Source: Patescibacteria group bacterium
GTDB taxonomy: Bacteria; Patescibacteriota; Microgenomatia; Levybacterales; UBA12049
Assembly: GCA_038062115.1 (NCBI GenBank)
Contig: JBBTXS010000004.1
Span: forward strand, 5,009-69,008
Length of the DNA stretch: 64,000 bases
Direction of reading: 5' to 3'
The notes below the pieces were generated by a model. The model was not told the origin of the DNA. It ran no database searches and saw only the letters and a program-made list of their open reading frames with translations. How positions within the stretch are numbered: position 1 is the first letter of the stretch; each line of letters opens with the position of its first letter. The translations under genes and the position numbers were made by a program. This document shows, piece after piece, positions 1 to 8,528 of this stretch.

Positions 1-297
1 CAGCATGAGAAGGGTGCAATAAAGAAATCATATTCAAATTCTCAAATAAAAACCATTGCATATAGGAATCAATTCATTTTTGTTTGGAAAAATACTACCG
101 ATCTTGATTTGAAGTTTTTACATCTTTTATGGCTCCCATATCATTTTTTCAAAACAGTGCTTAGGAAAGACATACCATTCTTTAAAGGCTTCTTTTGCGC
201 CCTTATAAGATTGTCAGAAATTATTGCTTTTAGATTAAAAGCGAAAAAGTATTATGTGAAAACAGATAAGGAAATTGTCAGTCAATTATCGGGATGA
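1..297 (+). CDS. C-terminal end of a CDS that starts left of the window; product unresolved (possibly a glycosyltransferase tail)
   Basis: Frame 1 is open from nt 1 (QHEKGAIKKSYSNSQIKTIAYRNQFIFVWKNTTDLD...) to TGA 295-297. The stop overlaps the next start as ATGA (294-297). No catalytic motif is visible in the fragment. Confidence 0.4.
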   Translation, partial: QHEKGAIKKSYSNSQIKTIAYRNQFIFVWKNTTDLDLKFLHLLWLPYHFFKTVLRKDIPFFKGFFCALIRLSEIIAFRLKAKKYYVKTDKEIVSQLSG

Positions 298-1730
298 TTA
301 AAATGGTTATAATTACATATCTGAAATTAATAAATAACTATAACAGAAATTCATTTTTAGATTATCTATCGTATATTTTTTGTTTTCTATTTATTATTTC
401 TGGATCTATTGTTTCGGTTGTAAGATACTGGCAGTATGAAGTATTTTATTATGATTTTGGCATTTTTGATCAAGCAATTTGGAACGTGTCGCGTTTAAAA
501 GCGCCTATTATTGATCATCTTGCAGTTGGAGGAAAATGGATTTTTGCAGACCATTTTAATCCAAGTATTTTTTTGCTTTCCCCACTCTATTGGCTTACAG
601 AAAGAAGTGAAATATTATTGGTTGCCCAATCACTGATTGTTGGATTAAGCGGGCTAATACTTTATAAAATAGGCTTAGAGATTACAAAAAATAGGATTGT
701 TTCCCTGAGCGTTTTGTCATGCTATTTATTATTTGTTGGAACGCAAAATGCAGTTATTACAGATTTCCATGAAGCAACAATATCGACTCTTCCTTTTTTA
801 CTTACCTTTTGGGCTGCAATTAGAAATAAGCCGTTATGGTATTTTATATTTCTTATAATTACCCTTGGGTTTAAAGAAAGTAATTTTTTATTAGGAATCG
901 GTATTGGTATAGCTCTTTTTTTTATCAAAAAAGATTGGTTTAAAATCTCAATTATTACCCTACTTATTTCTTCTTTGTGGGGATTTTTAAGTATAAAACT
1001 TATAATACCATACTTTTCAGGAGGTATATATCAATATTCCACAGAATTTCCCAACAGAATCTCACAATTATTTTTTTTATTTGATGCGGAAGTAAAAAGA
1101 AGAACGATTTTTTTTAGTTTCTTAAGTTTTGGATTCCTTTCTCTTCTTTCACCTGCATTTTATTTTTTGATCCTTCAAGATTTATTTGTTAGATTTTATC
1201 CAATTGCAACAACCCGATGGGATTTAGGACTACACTATAGTATCCAGTTAGCGGCAATTTTTGGCACATCAGCATTATATGGCTATAGATTTATTACAAA
1301 GTACATTAAATTTAAAAATATAGATATTATTATTAGCTTAGCACTTTTTATAAACATAATTTTCCTGCATAGATTCATTCTGCATGGTCCTTTTGGTCTT
1401 TCGTATAACGGATCGTTTTATAAGCATACAAGCGATTTTAGTTTTTTGGACGAACTTATAAAAAAAATTCCAAAAAACGCATCAATCATGACACAGAATA
1501 ATTTGGCGGTAAGATTTGATCACCAAAAAGTATGGATATTAAGACCAAACTATAGTAGCTATAAGCCTAATTATATTTTGATAGATAATAGAAAAGGCCA
1601 AAGTCCAAATAATTTTTTTGGATCACAAAATGTAGAAACGATAATAGCAAGTCTTTTACGCGATTCGGATTATAAGTTAGTTTATAGTACGGGAGAGCAA
1701 TATGTTTTTAAAGAAATAAACCTGAAATAG
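294..1730 (+). CDS. DUF2079-type polytopic membrane protein (GT-C-like)
   Basis: 478-aa multi-pass hydrophobic ORF. The first-loop motif YYDFGIFDQAIWN...FADHFNPSIFLLSPLYW matches the DUF2079 signature as I recall it. ATGA coupling to the upstream CDS. Confidence 0.7.
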   Translation: MIKMVIITYLKLINNYNRNSFLDYLSYIFCFLFIISGSIVSVVRYWQYEVFYYDFGIFDQAIWNVSRLKAPIIDHLAVGGKWIFADHFNPSIFLLSPLYWLTERSEILLVAQSLIVGLSGLILYKIGLEITKNRIVSLSVLSCYLLFVGTQNAVITDFHEATISTLPFLLTFWAAIRNKPLWYFIFLIITLGFKESNFLLGIGIGIALFFIKKDWFKISIITLLISSLWGFLSIKLIIPYFSGGIYQYSTEFPNRISQLFFLFDAEVKRRTIFFSFLSFGFLSLLSPAFYFLILQDLFVRFYPIATTRWDLGLHYSIQLAAIFGTSALYGYRFITKYIKFKNIDIIISLALFINIIFLHRFILHGPFGLSYNGSFYKHTSDFSFLDELIKKIPKNASIMTQNNLAVRFDHQKVWILRPNYSSYKPNYILIDNRKGQSPNNFFGSQNVETIIASLLRDSDYKLVYSTGEQYVFKEINLK

Positions 1731-1741
1731 CTAGAATTTCT

Positions 1742-2458
1742 ATGAAATTATCTATTATTATCCCTGTTTTTAACGAAGAAAAAACAGTTGCTAAAATAGT
1801 TAAAAAAGTATCTCAAGTAGAAATTCCAGGTACTACAAAAGAGATTATTGTTGTTGATGATGGATCAACCGATGCGACAGCATCGGTAATTTCCAATTTC
1901 CAATTTCCAATTTCCAATTTCAAAAAGATTAGACATAAGAAAAATAAGGGTAAAGGAGCGGCGGTTAAAACAGGAATTGAAAACTCAACAGGCGACTATA
2001 TTGTTGTTCAGGATGCGGATTTGGAGTACAATCCAAAATACATAGAAAAACTCGTAAGACCTGTTTTGGAGGGAAAAAGCAAGGTTGTTTATGGTACTCG
2101 TCTTAAGCGTTTACCAAGTTTTTCTAAAGATGAAAGGACTCCTCGTTTTTTGCTTCATTATATTGGCAATAAGTTTTTAAGTCTTATCACAAGCCTTTTG
2201 TACGGGCAATGGATTACAGATATGGAGACTTGCTATAAAGTATTTCCGAAGATTGCTGTTGAGAATATTATTCTCAAGTCAAAAAGATTTGATTTTGAAC
2301 CAGAGATTACCGCAAAGTTATTAAAAAAAGGATACAAGATACACGAGATTCCAATAACGACAAATCCGAGAGGTTATAATGAAGGCAAGAAACTGAATAC
2401 ATTTAAAGATGGAACAATTGCCCTTTTTACATTACTAAAATTTCGATTTATAGATTGA
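1742..2458 (+). CDS. Family 2 glycosyltransferase, polyprenyl-phosphate sugar synthase-like (DPM1/GtrB/ArnC class)
   Basis: 238 aa. LSIIIPVFNEE, VVDDGSTD and VVQDADLEY (DXD) are GT-A/GT2 hallmarks. Its small size and position beside GT-C membrane proteins fit a lipid-carrier charging enzyme. Confidence 0.75.
   Translation: MKLSIIIPVFNEEKTVAKIVKKVSQVEIPGTTKEIIVVDDGSTDATASVISNFQFPISNFKKIRHKKNKGKGAAVKTGIENSTGDYIVVQDADLEYNPKYIEKLVRPVLEGKSKVVYGTRLKRLPSFSKDERTPRFLLHYIGNKFLSLITSLLYGQWITDMETCYKVFPKIAVENIILKSKRFDFEPEITAKLLKKGYKIHEIPITTNPRGYNEGKKLNTFKDGTIALFTLLKFRFID
1888..1922 (+). repeat. Heptanucleotide tandem repeat (AATTTCC)x4 plus one variant unit (AATTTCA) inside the GT2 CDS
   Basis: Read directly: aatttcc aatttcc aatttcc aatttcc aatttca. 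It is translated as ISNFQFPISNFKK in a variable loop between the DGSTD and NKGKG motifs. Confidence 0.9.
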
Positions 2459-2460
2459 TC

Positions 2461-3999
2461 ATGCATCTTAAAAAAATACCTCGTTATCTAGTTATCTTAT
2501 ACACAATTGTATTCATTCTCTCTGTTATTTTTGCAATTTTTGGTTTATCAAAACAACTTACTTTCGGATTTGATCAGGCAAGAGATGCCTACGAAGCATA
2601 CGCTATTTGGCATAATCATGATTTTAAGATACTTGGACCGTCTTCAGATCTTCCAGGGGTACATCACGGTGTATTATGGTACTACCTTCTAGTCCTGCCT
2701 TATGTAATAGGATCTGGAAACCCGGCAGTTGTTGCTGCTATTTTTTTTATTCTTTCATTTCTTACAATACCTCTATGCGTTTATTTTACATATAAACTCT
2801 TTCATAATTTCCACGTTGCTTTGTTGGCATCTGTGTTATACGCTTCATCTCCTCTTTTTCAAACATTTACTCGATGGTTAGCAAATCCTCTTATCGTACT
2901 ATATATTGTTCCTTTTTTATTGTTTTTTTTGTGGAGGTATATTGATAGACAGAAAAAGACAAGCTTAATGGGTCTTTTTTTTGGGCTTCTTATACAGGCA
3001 GATTTTGCATTTGGTCTGTTCTTGATTACTTTACCTGTATACTGGTTTATTTACAAAATAAAGTCTAAATTACAGGATTTTGTATTTTTTGGCACAGGTT
3101 TTTTACTGGGAATAAGTACATACATACTTGCCGAGATACGATTTAATGGGAAAGGTATTTTAGCAATGATACATTTTTTTAACTCCAGCTTGTCTTCACC
3201 TAGATCTCCAATCGAAACGATTTTATTAATTGTTGAAAGAGTTAACGAGCTTTTATCGATAAGTATCCTGCCATTTTCTTACGCAATACTTTTTTTTATT
3301 GTCATGGTTGGCACATTTCTTTTAAAAGGTTCTAAAAATAAGCATGATAAAAATGCAATAATTTTCCTGGTGGTGTGGTTAAGTACATTTGTTCTATTCT
3401 ATCTGTTTAAGTCTGGCTTTTTACACAGCGGGTTTATGTTCGGTCCATTTCTTTTGCCAATAACAATAATTGGCAGTTATTTATTAGTGAGTACTGTTAC
3501 AAATTTTAAACTCCTCGCTGTTCTATTGGTATGCATCTTTTTGGGTCAATTCTATACTTCATATTTGTGGCTTAAAACAGAATATAGTCCTTTGTCGGTA
3601 CAGTATGGTATAAGTCTTAATCTTGAAAAAGAAATAGTTAATTATACTTATGAGCAATCATTTGGCGAACGGTTTATAATAATAACAATAACAAACCCAT
3701 TACACATAAATACTCTGTGGGCTTATCTTTATGAGATTTATGGAGAAAAGAAATATGGGTATCTTCCTTACCATGGCGGAAAAGATCAAAAAGGTTATTT
3801 AGGTAATCTTTCTCATCAGCCATTTGGAACAAAATATCGGTACATTATTATTGAGCCAACAACAGGAATCCCTGATTATTTTATACAGCAAATAATACTG
3901 GAGGAGAATAAAACGTCAGATATTATAGAAGAAAAGAAGTTTGGCCAATTTCTTGTGCAAAAACGAATGTTTAGGAAAAATAAGCATAATATAGAATGA
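2461..3999 (+). CDS. Polytopic GT-C-like membrane protein, FGFDQ family (paralog 1 of 6)
   Basis: The ORF track starts at TTG 2455. The ATG at 2461 follows the upstream TGA (2456-2458). First-loop motif FGFDQARDAYEAYAIWHNHDFKILGP...WYYLL. C-terminal soluble module with YGEKKYGYLPYHGG is shared with 13289, 14868 and 16401. Confidence 0.65.
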   Translation: MHLKKIPRYLVILYTIVFILSVIFAIFGLSKQLTFGFDQARDAYEAYAIWHNHDFKILGPSSDLPGVHHGVLWYYLLVLPYVIGSGNPAVVAAIFFILSFLTIPLCVYFTYKLFHNFHVALLASVLYASSPLFQTFTRWLANPLIVLYIVPFLLFFLWRYIDRQKKTSLMGLFFGLLIQADFAFGLFLITLPVYWFIYKIKSKLQDFVFFGTGFLLGISTYILAEIRFNGKGILAMIHFFNSSLSSPRSPIETILLIVERVNELLSISILPFSYAILFFIVMVGTFLLKGSKNKHDKNAIIFLVVWLSTFVLFYLFKSGFLHSGFMFGPFLLPITIIGSYLLVSTVTNFKLLAVLLVCIFLGQFYTSYLWLKTEYSPLSVQYGISLNLEKEIVNYTYEQSFGERFIIITITNPLHINTLWAYLYEIYGEKKYGYLPYHGGKDQKGYLGNLSHQPFGTKYRYIIIEPTTGIPDYFIQQIILEENKTSDIIEEKKFGQFLVQKRMFRKNKHNIE

Positions 4000-5981
4000 A
4001 TATTCTACAATCTTTCTTAGAAATTATATTTTTTATCATTGCTATTGTTATCTGTTTTTATCTTCCAGGAAAATTTCTGTTGGTAAAGTTAAGACTTCGC
4101 TTGAATTCCCCAGGAGATTTATTCCCTCCTTTTATTATAGGCATAATGTTGTTTACGTTAATTTCCTATATTTTTTCTTGGTTAAAATTAGAGATTATAA
4201 TTTTACCTTTACTTCTAGTGACTGACATTTTTGTTATTAAGAGTAAGAAATGGTTTCCACACAGCATAGAAAAGCGCCATCTAATTCCTATTTTTATTGT
4301 ATTTATTTTGGCATTTATTTTTAGTCTTAGCATGCTAACGTCTGGTATCTATGGTGATACGATTAAATATGGAAGGGATGATTTATGGCATCTTGCATTA
4401 ATCAATGAACTAAAAGCCAATTTCCCTCCTGATAACCCTGGATTTGCCGGAGTTCCGTTAAGAGGCTACCACTTTTTTTATAATTTTATACTGGCTAAGA
4501 TTAGTAATATTTTTTCCGTTTCTCCTCTTTCATTGTATTTTCACTTCTTTCCATTATTCATAGCTATTTTATGGGGGTTGGGTGTGTACGAGCTTATGTA
4601 TACATGGAGCAAGAAAATATCAATTGCTCTTTGGGCTGTTTTTTTGACAATGTTTGGGGGCAGCTTTGCTTTTATCTTATTCTTGCGAGGTCATGGTGGT
4701 TTAAGTTTGGATAGTGCGTTTGGAATACAACAACCAGCAACTGCGCTTATTAATCCACCCTTTGCAATATCGATTATTATTGTTATTTCTGCACTTTTTA
4801 TAATGCATCAATATATAGAATCCAAAAAGAGTGCTTGGCTTGTTCCTTTGTCTATATTTATTGGTTTAGCAACAATGTTTAAGGTTTATGCTGGTATTAT
4901 TCTTGTTGGTGGCTTTATTTTGTTTAGTGCTATTGAGGTTATTCATAAAAGGAACTACTTAATACTCGTATCGCTATTTGTTTCAGGAATTTTCTTCGTT
5001 GTCACATACGGAATCTTTAGGGATCCGTCATCTACTCTTATTTTTGCGCCTCTTTGGGCACCTCACAGCGTGCTTACAGATAATATGCCATGGTACGGAT
5101 ATGCAGAAAAAATGTATACATACACAAAGCTTTCTGTCATAAAGGGAATAGTGGAGACGGAATTATACGCTTTATATGTATTTTTGTTTGGCAATTTAGG
5201 TACAAGATTAATAGGATTGTTATTATTGCCAGTACTTATTTTAAAAGAACATAAAACTCCTTCCTTTTTTGCTCTTACTGTTTTAATAATGACTTTGATT
5301 TCTATTTTGACACCATTGTTTTTTATTCAATCTGGAAAAGTGTTTGAAATTATACAGATGGCGTGGTATTTTTTGTTTTTTATTTCTTTGTTTGCCGCAT
5401 TTGGATTTCATGCGTTGTTTAATTTTGGCTATAGTAAGATATTAAAAATCGTTTTATTTGCCATAGTTTTAATACTAACATTGCCATCAGCTTATGAGAA
5501 CTACAAAGGTTACTTTGCTTACTTTCGTTCTCAAGGCGCTCAATTATCGGATCCTTACTTCAAAGCAATGCAATTTTTAAGTTCAGAAAGAAACTATAAG
5601 GATACTGTTTTAGAAATTCCCGATAAAAATATCTCTGCAACGAAAAGAGACCTAATGAGTTGGTACGGGTGGTCGTCGCCGGCAATTGTGGCGTTTGGGA
5701 ACAAAAGAGGTTATTTAAATAATGAATATATTGATTTTGCAGGGGTAGATATTGCCCCCAGAATTGACTTTGTCCGCAAAATTATTTTACTTAATAAGAT
5801 GTTCACAAGTAATGCTTTGGAATATACAGACCTTCAAAAAGAAGTAAAGCGGGGACTAAAAGAATATAAAATTTCATTTATTTATAGTCCTTATCCCTTA
5901 TCAGCTCTTGATGCTATAAGCAACGTTGATAAGGTATTTGAGAATCAAGTTGCTACAATATATAAAGTGGATGTTAAATAA
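3996..5981 (+). CDS. Polytopic membrane protein, FPPxNP family (GT-C-like, function unknown)
   Basis: 661 aa with many hydrophobic segments. Loop motif WHLALINELKANFPPDNPGFAGVPLRGYHFFYNF is paralogous to HLSLVRSFSWGDNFPVESPFFPGTPLAYHYYFDLL in ORF 26440-28041. ATGA overlap at 3996-3999. Confidence 0.55.
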   Translation: MNILQSFLEIIFFIIAIVICFYLPGKFLLVKLRLRLNSPGDLFPPFIIGIMLFTLISYIFSWLKLEIIILPLLLVTDIFVIKSKKWFPHSIEKRHLIPIFIVFILAFIFSLSMLTSGIYGDTIKYGRDDLWHLALINELKANFPPDNPGFAGVPLRGYHFFYNFILAKISNIFSVSPLSLYFHFFPLFIAILWGLGVYELMYTWSKKISIALWAVFLTMFGGSFAFILFLRGHGGLSLDSAFGIQQPATALINPPFAISIIIVISALFIMHQYIESKKSAWLVPLSIFIGLATMFKVYAGIILVGGFILFSAIEVIHKRNYLILVSLFVSGIFFVVTYGIFRDPSSTLIFAPLWAPHSVLTDNMPWYGYAEKMYTYTKLSVIKGIVETELYALYVFLFGNLGTRLIGLLLLPVLILKEHKTPSFFALTVLIMTLISILTPLFFIQSGKVFEIIQMAWYFLFFISLFAAFGFHALFNFGYSKILKIVLFAIVLILTLPSAYENYKGYFAYFRSQGAQLSDPYFKAMQFLSSERNYKDTVLEIPDKNISATKRDLMSWYGWSSPAIVAFGNKRGYLNNEYIDFAGVDIAPRIDFVRKIILLNKMFTSNALEYTDLQKEVKRGLKEYKISFIYSPYPLSALDAISNVDKVFENQVATIYKVDVK

Positions 5982-8451
5982 TGCGCATTTTGTTTCTTTT
6001 TAAAAAAATGAATGCCAATATTGCGATAACTGATAATATGGAGACGGTAGAGCCAATCTTAAAAGAAATTGGTTCATATTTGAATGTTACTTCGTGATTT
6101 CCCTTAGGTAAATATATGCTTCTAAACGTATAGTCTGCGCGATAGATTTTGGTTTCTTTATTGTCGACATATGCTTTCCACCCTGGATAATAGTTGTCAG
6201 AAAGAAAAAGCATTTGTGGCATGTTAGTTTTTGTTATTATTTCAATTTTCTGAGGTTCATATTGGGTAATTTTTACTAATGAATCAGGAGAGACTTCTTG
6301 TAAGTCAATCATGTTTTGTGGAAACAAAAATAACTCAGAGGGTTTTTCTTCTAAAACAATATTTGATGAAAGATCAAAATTCGCGTCAAACAGCAAGTCT
6401 GCAATTTTTTGGGGATTATTTTGAATGTGTATTCTGCTTGTTAAAAAAGCTCTGGGAAACGCTTTGGAATATTCAATGCCAGTCCAATTATTATGTTGCC
6501 AAACGGGATGAAAAAGATTTCGAGGAAATTTATTTGCACCACTATTTTTTGGATTATGATCATCAAAGTAAAGTATATATTTTATTCCAAGAAGTGAAAG
6601 TAAACGAATTTTTCTATTATCCTCAAAGGGATTCTCTTTATCTCCTAACTCTGATAGTCTTGCCTCAACTCGAGGTATGTCGTTTGCGATCTTTCCGTTA
6701 TTTTTAACAGCAAAGATAAGCTCTCCGTATCGTCTTGGGAAAACTGGATTTACTCCTTCGGCAGAGTAAATCCGGCCATATGTTGATATGTTTTCTTGCA
6801 TGGGTTGACGCAGGGAGAGAAATCTGTCTAAAGAATTTCTTGATTGTAAAAAAGAGATTACAGGGTTTTTTGGATAGAGAAATTGAGGGTCGCCAATTAC
6901 GATATATTTATTAAGAAAATAAAATTGTCCGAATAGCGTCAGAATAATAATTACGATGAAAGACAGATTGGTTATCTTTTTGGTTCGTAAAAAAATAAAG
7001 AGAAAAGAAAGCATAATAAAGGGCAAGACGAGGTTTTTTAGAAGGACAAGAATATTCATTTTTGTTGGAGAGGATCCATGTCTAATTACATAATTATTCA
7101 AGTCTCTAAAAAATGTAGCATGGCTATAGTTCAATAACAGAAATCCGTAGAGAGCGATCAATAATAGAGTTATGACTAAAACAAAAATAATTAACAGCAT
7201 AAGCCTTAGGTCTTTTTCTCTTTTTTGTTTTATTAGTGTAGATATGCCAAATGCGGAAAGTGTGGCAACTGAAAAAGTTGTTAGAAAAAGAATTCTACTT
7301 GGTAAGAATGTCGGAAGTAAAGGAAGTGGAAGTTGAAAAAACCATCTTGTAAACGGTGAATCGAGCGTTAGAAAAAAAGATAGAAGGAGAGCTCCAATAA
7401 AAAAACGGATAACAGGATTTATTTTTGCTTTAATGCCTGCATATATGGCAAAGACAGATGGAATAAGTCCCGCATAAAGTATAGTTTCTCGATAGAATCC
7501 ACGGCCAAAAAAATTATATGCTCCTGGATTGCCAAAGATATCTGGTACAAAAGCATTAAACAAATGCGTGACGGGAAGAAGGTAGCCTTCAAATAAATAC
7601 CAAACCGACGATGTACTCCTTGGAGATTCTAAAAAAGCTTCTATAGATGGGAGCAATTGTATAGCAGATAGGCAAAGAGAGAAAACATAGATGCCAATAA
7701 TTTTAATTAAATAGGTTGGAGGAAGAGATAGACTTCTAATTCGAAAAATACTATAGAAGAAGGAAAATATGAATATATAAAAAGTTACTTGGAAGAATCC
7801 GGCAAGAAAAGAACATGTAAGGGCAATAATTGCTACAAGATAGTAGAGGTTTTTTTTGGTATTGAGATATCCTTCAATGCCAAAAAGGCAAAGCGGAAGC
7901 CATAAGGCGGCTTGACCGACAACGACATTTTCTTGGCTCCATATAATCATGAATCCAGAAAATCCGAAAGCTATTGCGCCAAGCCAAACAGCAGGTCTTG
8001 CCAAGCGAAAAAGGCTTAAAAAAAGGTACATAAAAAATGTTGCCATAATTGGCTGAATAAATAGAAGAAGTTGCCATGCATAAGTTTGTGGCAGGAAAAA
8101 ATAAAGAATGTTTAGTGGATAAAATATGGCAGACTGAAAATCTGCAAGAAAAGGAGTGCCTGCAAAAACATAAGGATTCCAAAGTGGAATGATTTTTTTT
8201 GCCAGCATCTCGTTTGTAAATGTTCTTTCTGGGTAAAATATTCGGATCTGATCATCTCCTATTGGCTTATGGGGTATACCGGCTTCCCAGCCTGGAAATT
8301 TCTCTGTTTTCCAAGGAGAATAAAATTGAGCAAGGAAATTTGATGGAAAAAGAATTTTTCCGTTGAAAACGACCTGTCTATATATGATTAGTATGCCAAT
8401 AGCTATAGAGAGCAATATAAAAAAATCTGTATAATGCCAATTGCGCTTCAT
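5974..8451 (-). CDS. YfhO-family membrane glycosyltransferase-like protein
   Basis: 825 aa. N-terminal region (IFYPERTF...WNPYVFAGTPFLADFQSAIFYPLN) and C-terminal beta-rich tail (YYPGWKAYVDNKETKIYRADYTFRSIYLPKGNHEVTFKYEP) resemble YfhO proteins. It is one of the few minus-strand genes in the array and is convergent with 3996-5981, overlapping it by 8 nt. Confidence 0.7.
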   Translation of the reverse strand: MKRNWHYTDFFILLSIAIGILIIYRQVVFNGKILFPSNFLAQFYSPWKTEKFPGWEAGIPHKPIGDDQIRIFYPERTFTNEMLAKKIIPLWNPYVFAGTPFLADFQSAIFYPLNILYFFLPQTYAWQLLLFIQPIMATFFMYLFLSLFRLARPAVWLGAIAFGFSGFMIIWSQENVVVGQAALWLPLCLFGIEGYLNTKKNLYYLVAIIALTCSFLAGFFQVTFYIFIFSFFYSIFRIRSLSLPPTYLIKIIGIYVFSLCLSAIQLLPSIEAFLESPRSTSSVWYLFEGYLLPVTHLFNAFVPDIFGNPGAYNFFGRGFYRETILYAGLIPSVFAIYAGIKAKINPVIRFFIGALLLSFFLTLDSPFTRWFFQLPLPLLPTFLPSRILFLTTFSVATLSAFGISTLIKQKREKDLRLMLLIIFVLVITLLLIALYGFLLLNYSHATFFRDLNNYVIRHGSSPTKMNILVLLKNLVLPFIMLSFLFIFLRTKKITNLSFIVIIILTLFGQFYFLNKYIVIGDPQFLYPKNPVISFLQSRNSLDRFLSLRQPMQENISTYGRIYSAEGVNPVFPRRYGELIFAVKNNGKIANDIPRVEARLSELGDKENPFEDNRKIRLLSLLGIKYILYFDDHNPKNSGANKFPRNLFHPVWQHNNWTGIEYSKAFPRAFLTSRIHIQNNPQKIADLLFDANFDLSSNIVLEEKPSELFLFPQNMIDLQEVSPDSLVKITQYEPQKIEIITKTNMPQMLFLSDNYYPGWKAYVDNKETKIYRADYTFRSIYLPKGNHEVTFKYEPISFKIGSTVSILSVIAILAFIFLKRNKMRII

Positions 8452-8528
8452 AGCTTAAGATTATTCTAGAAAAGAATCTTCGATAAAAGCTGCATAACTT
8501 ATTTTAGTATTATATACTACGAGTAGTC

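Noticed and set aside
722-928. Short antisense or alternate-frame ORFs from the track that lie inside long CDSs. Examples: 722-928, 2507-2692, 6279-6707, 7874-8182, 9274-9634, 15326-15739, 16038-16380, 23321-23911, 26534-26731, 32378-32623, 41600-41932, 45043-45294, 55872-56237.
   Set aside because: Each is fully nested in a much longer ORF that has recognisable family motifs and operon-style start/stop coupling. Their translations are low-complexity with no motifs. I treat them as shadow ORFs of an AT-rich sequence.
8452-8528. Imperfect inverted repeat aagattattctagaaaagaatctt in the divergent YfhO/GT39 intergenic region, considered as an operator site.
   Set aside because: The arms are short and imperfect in very AT-rich DNA, and I could not define flanking promoter hexamers with confidence.
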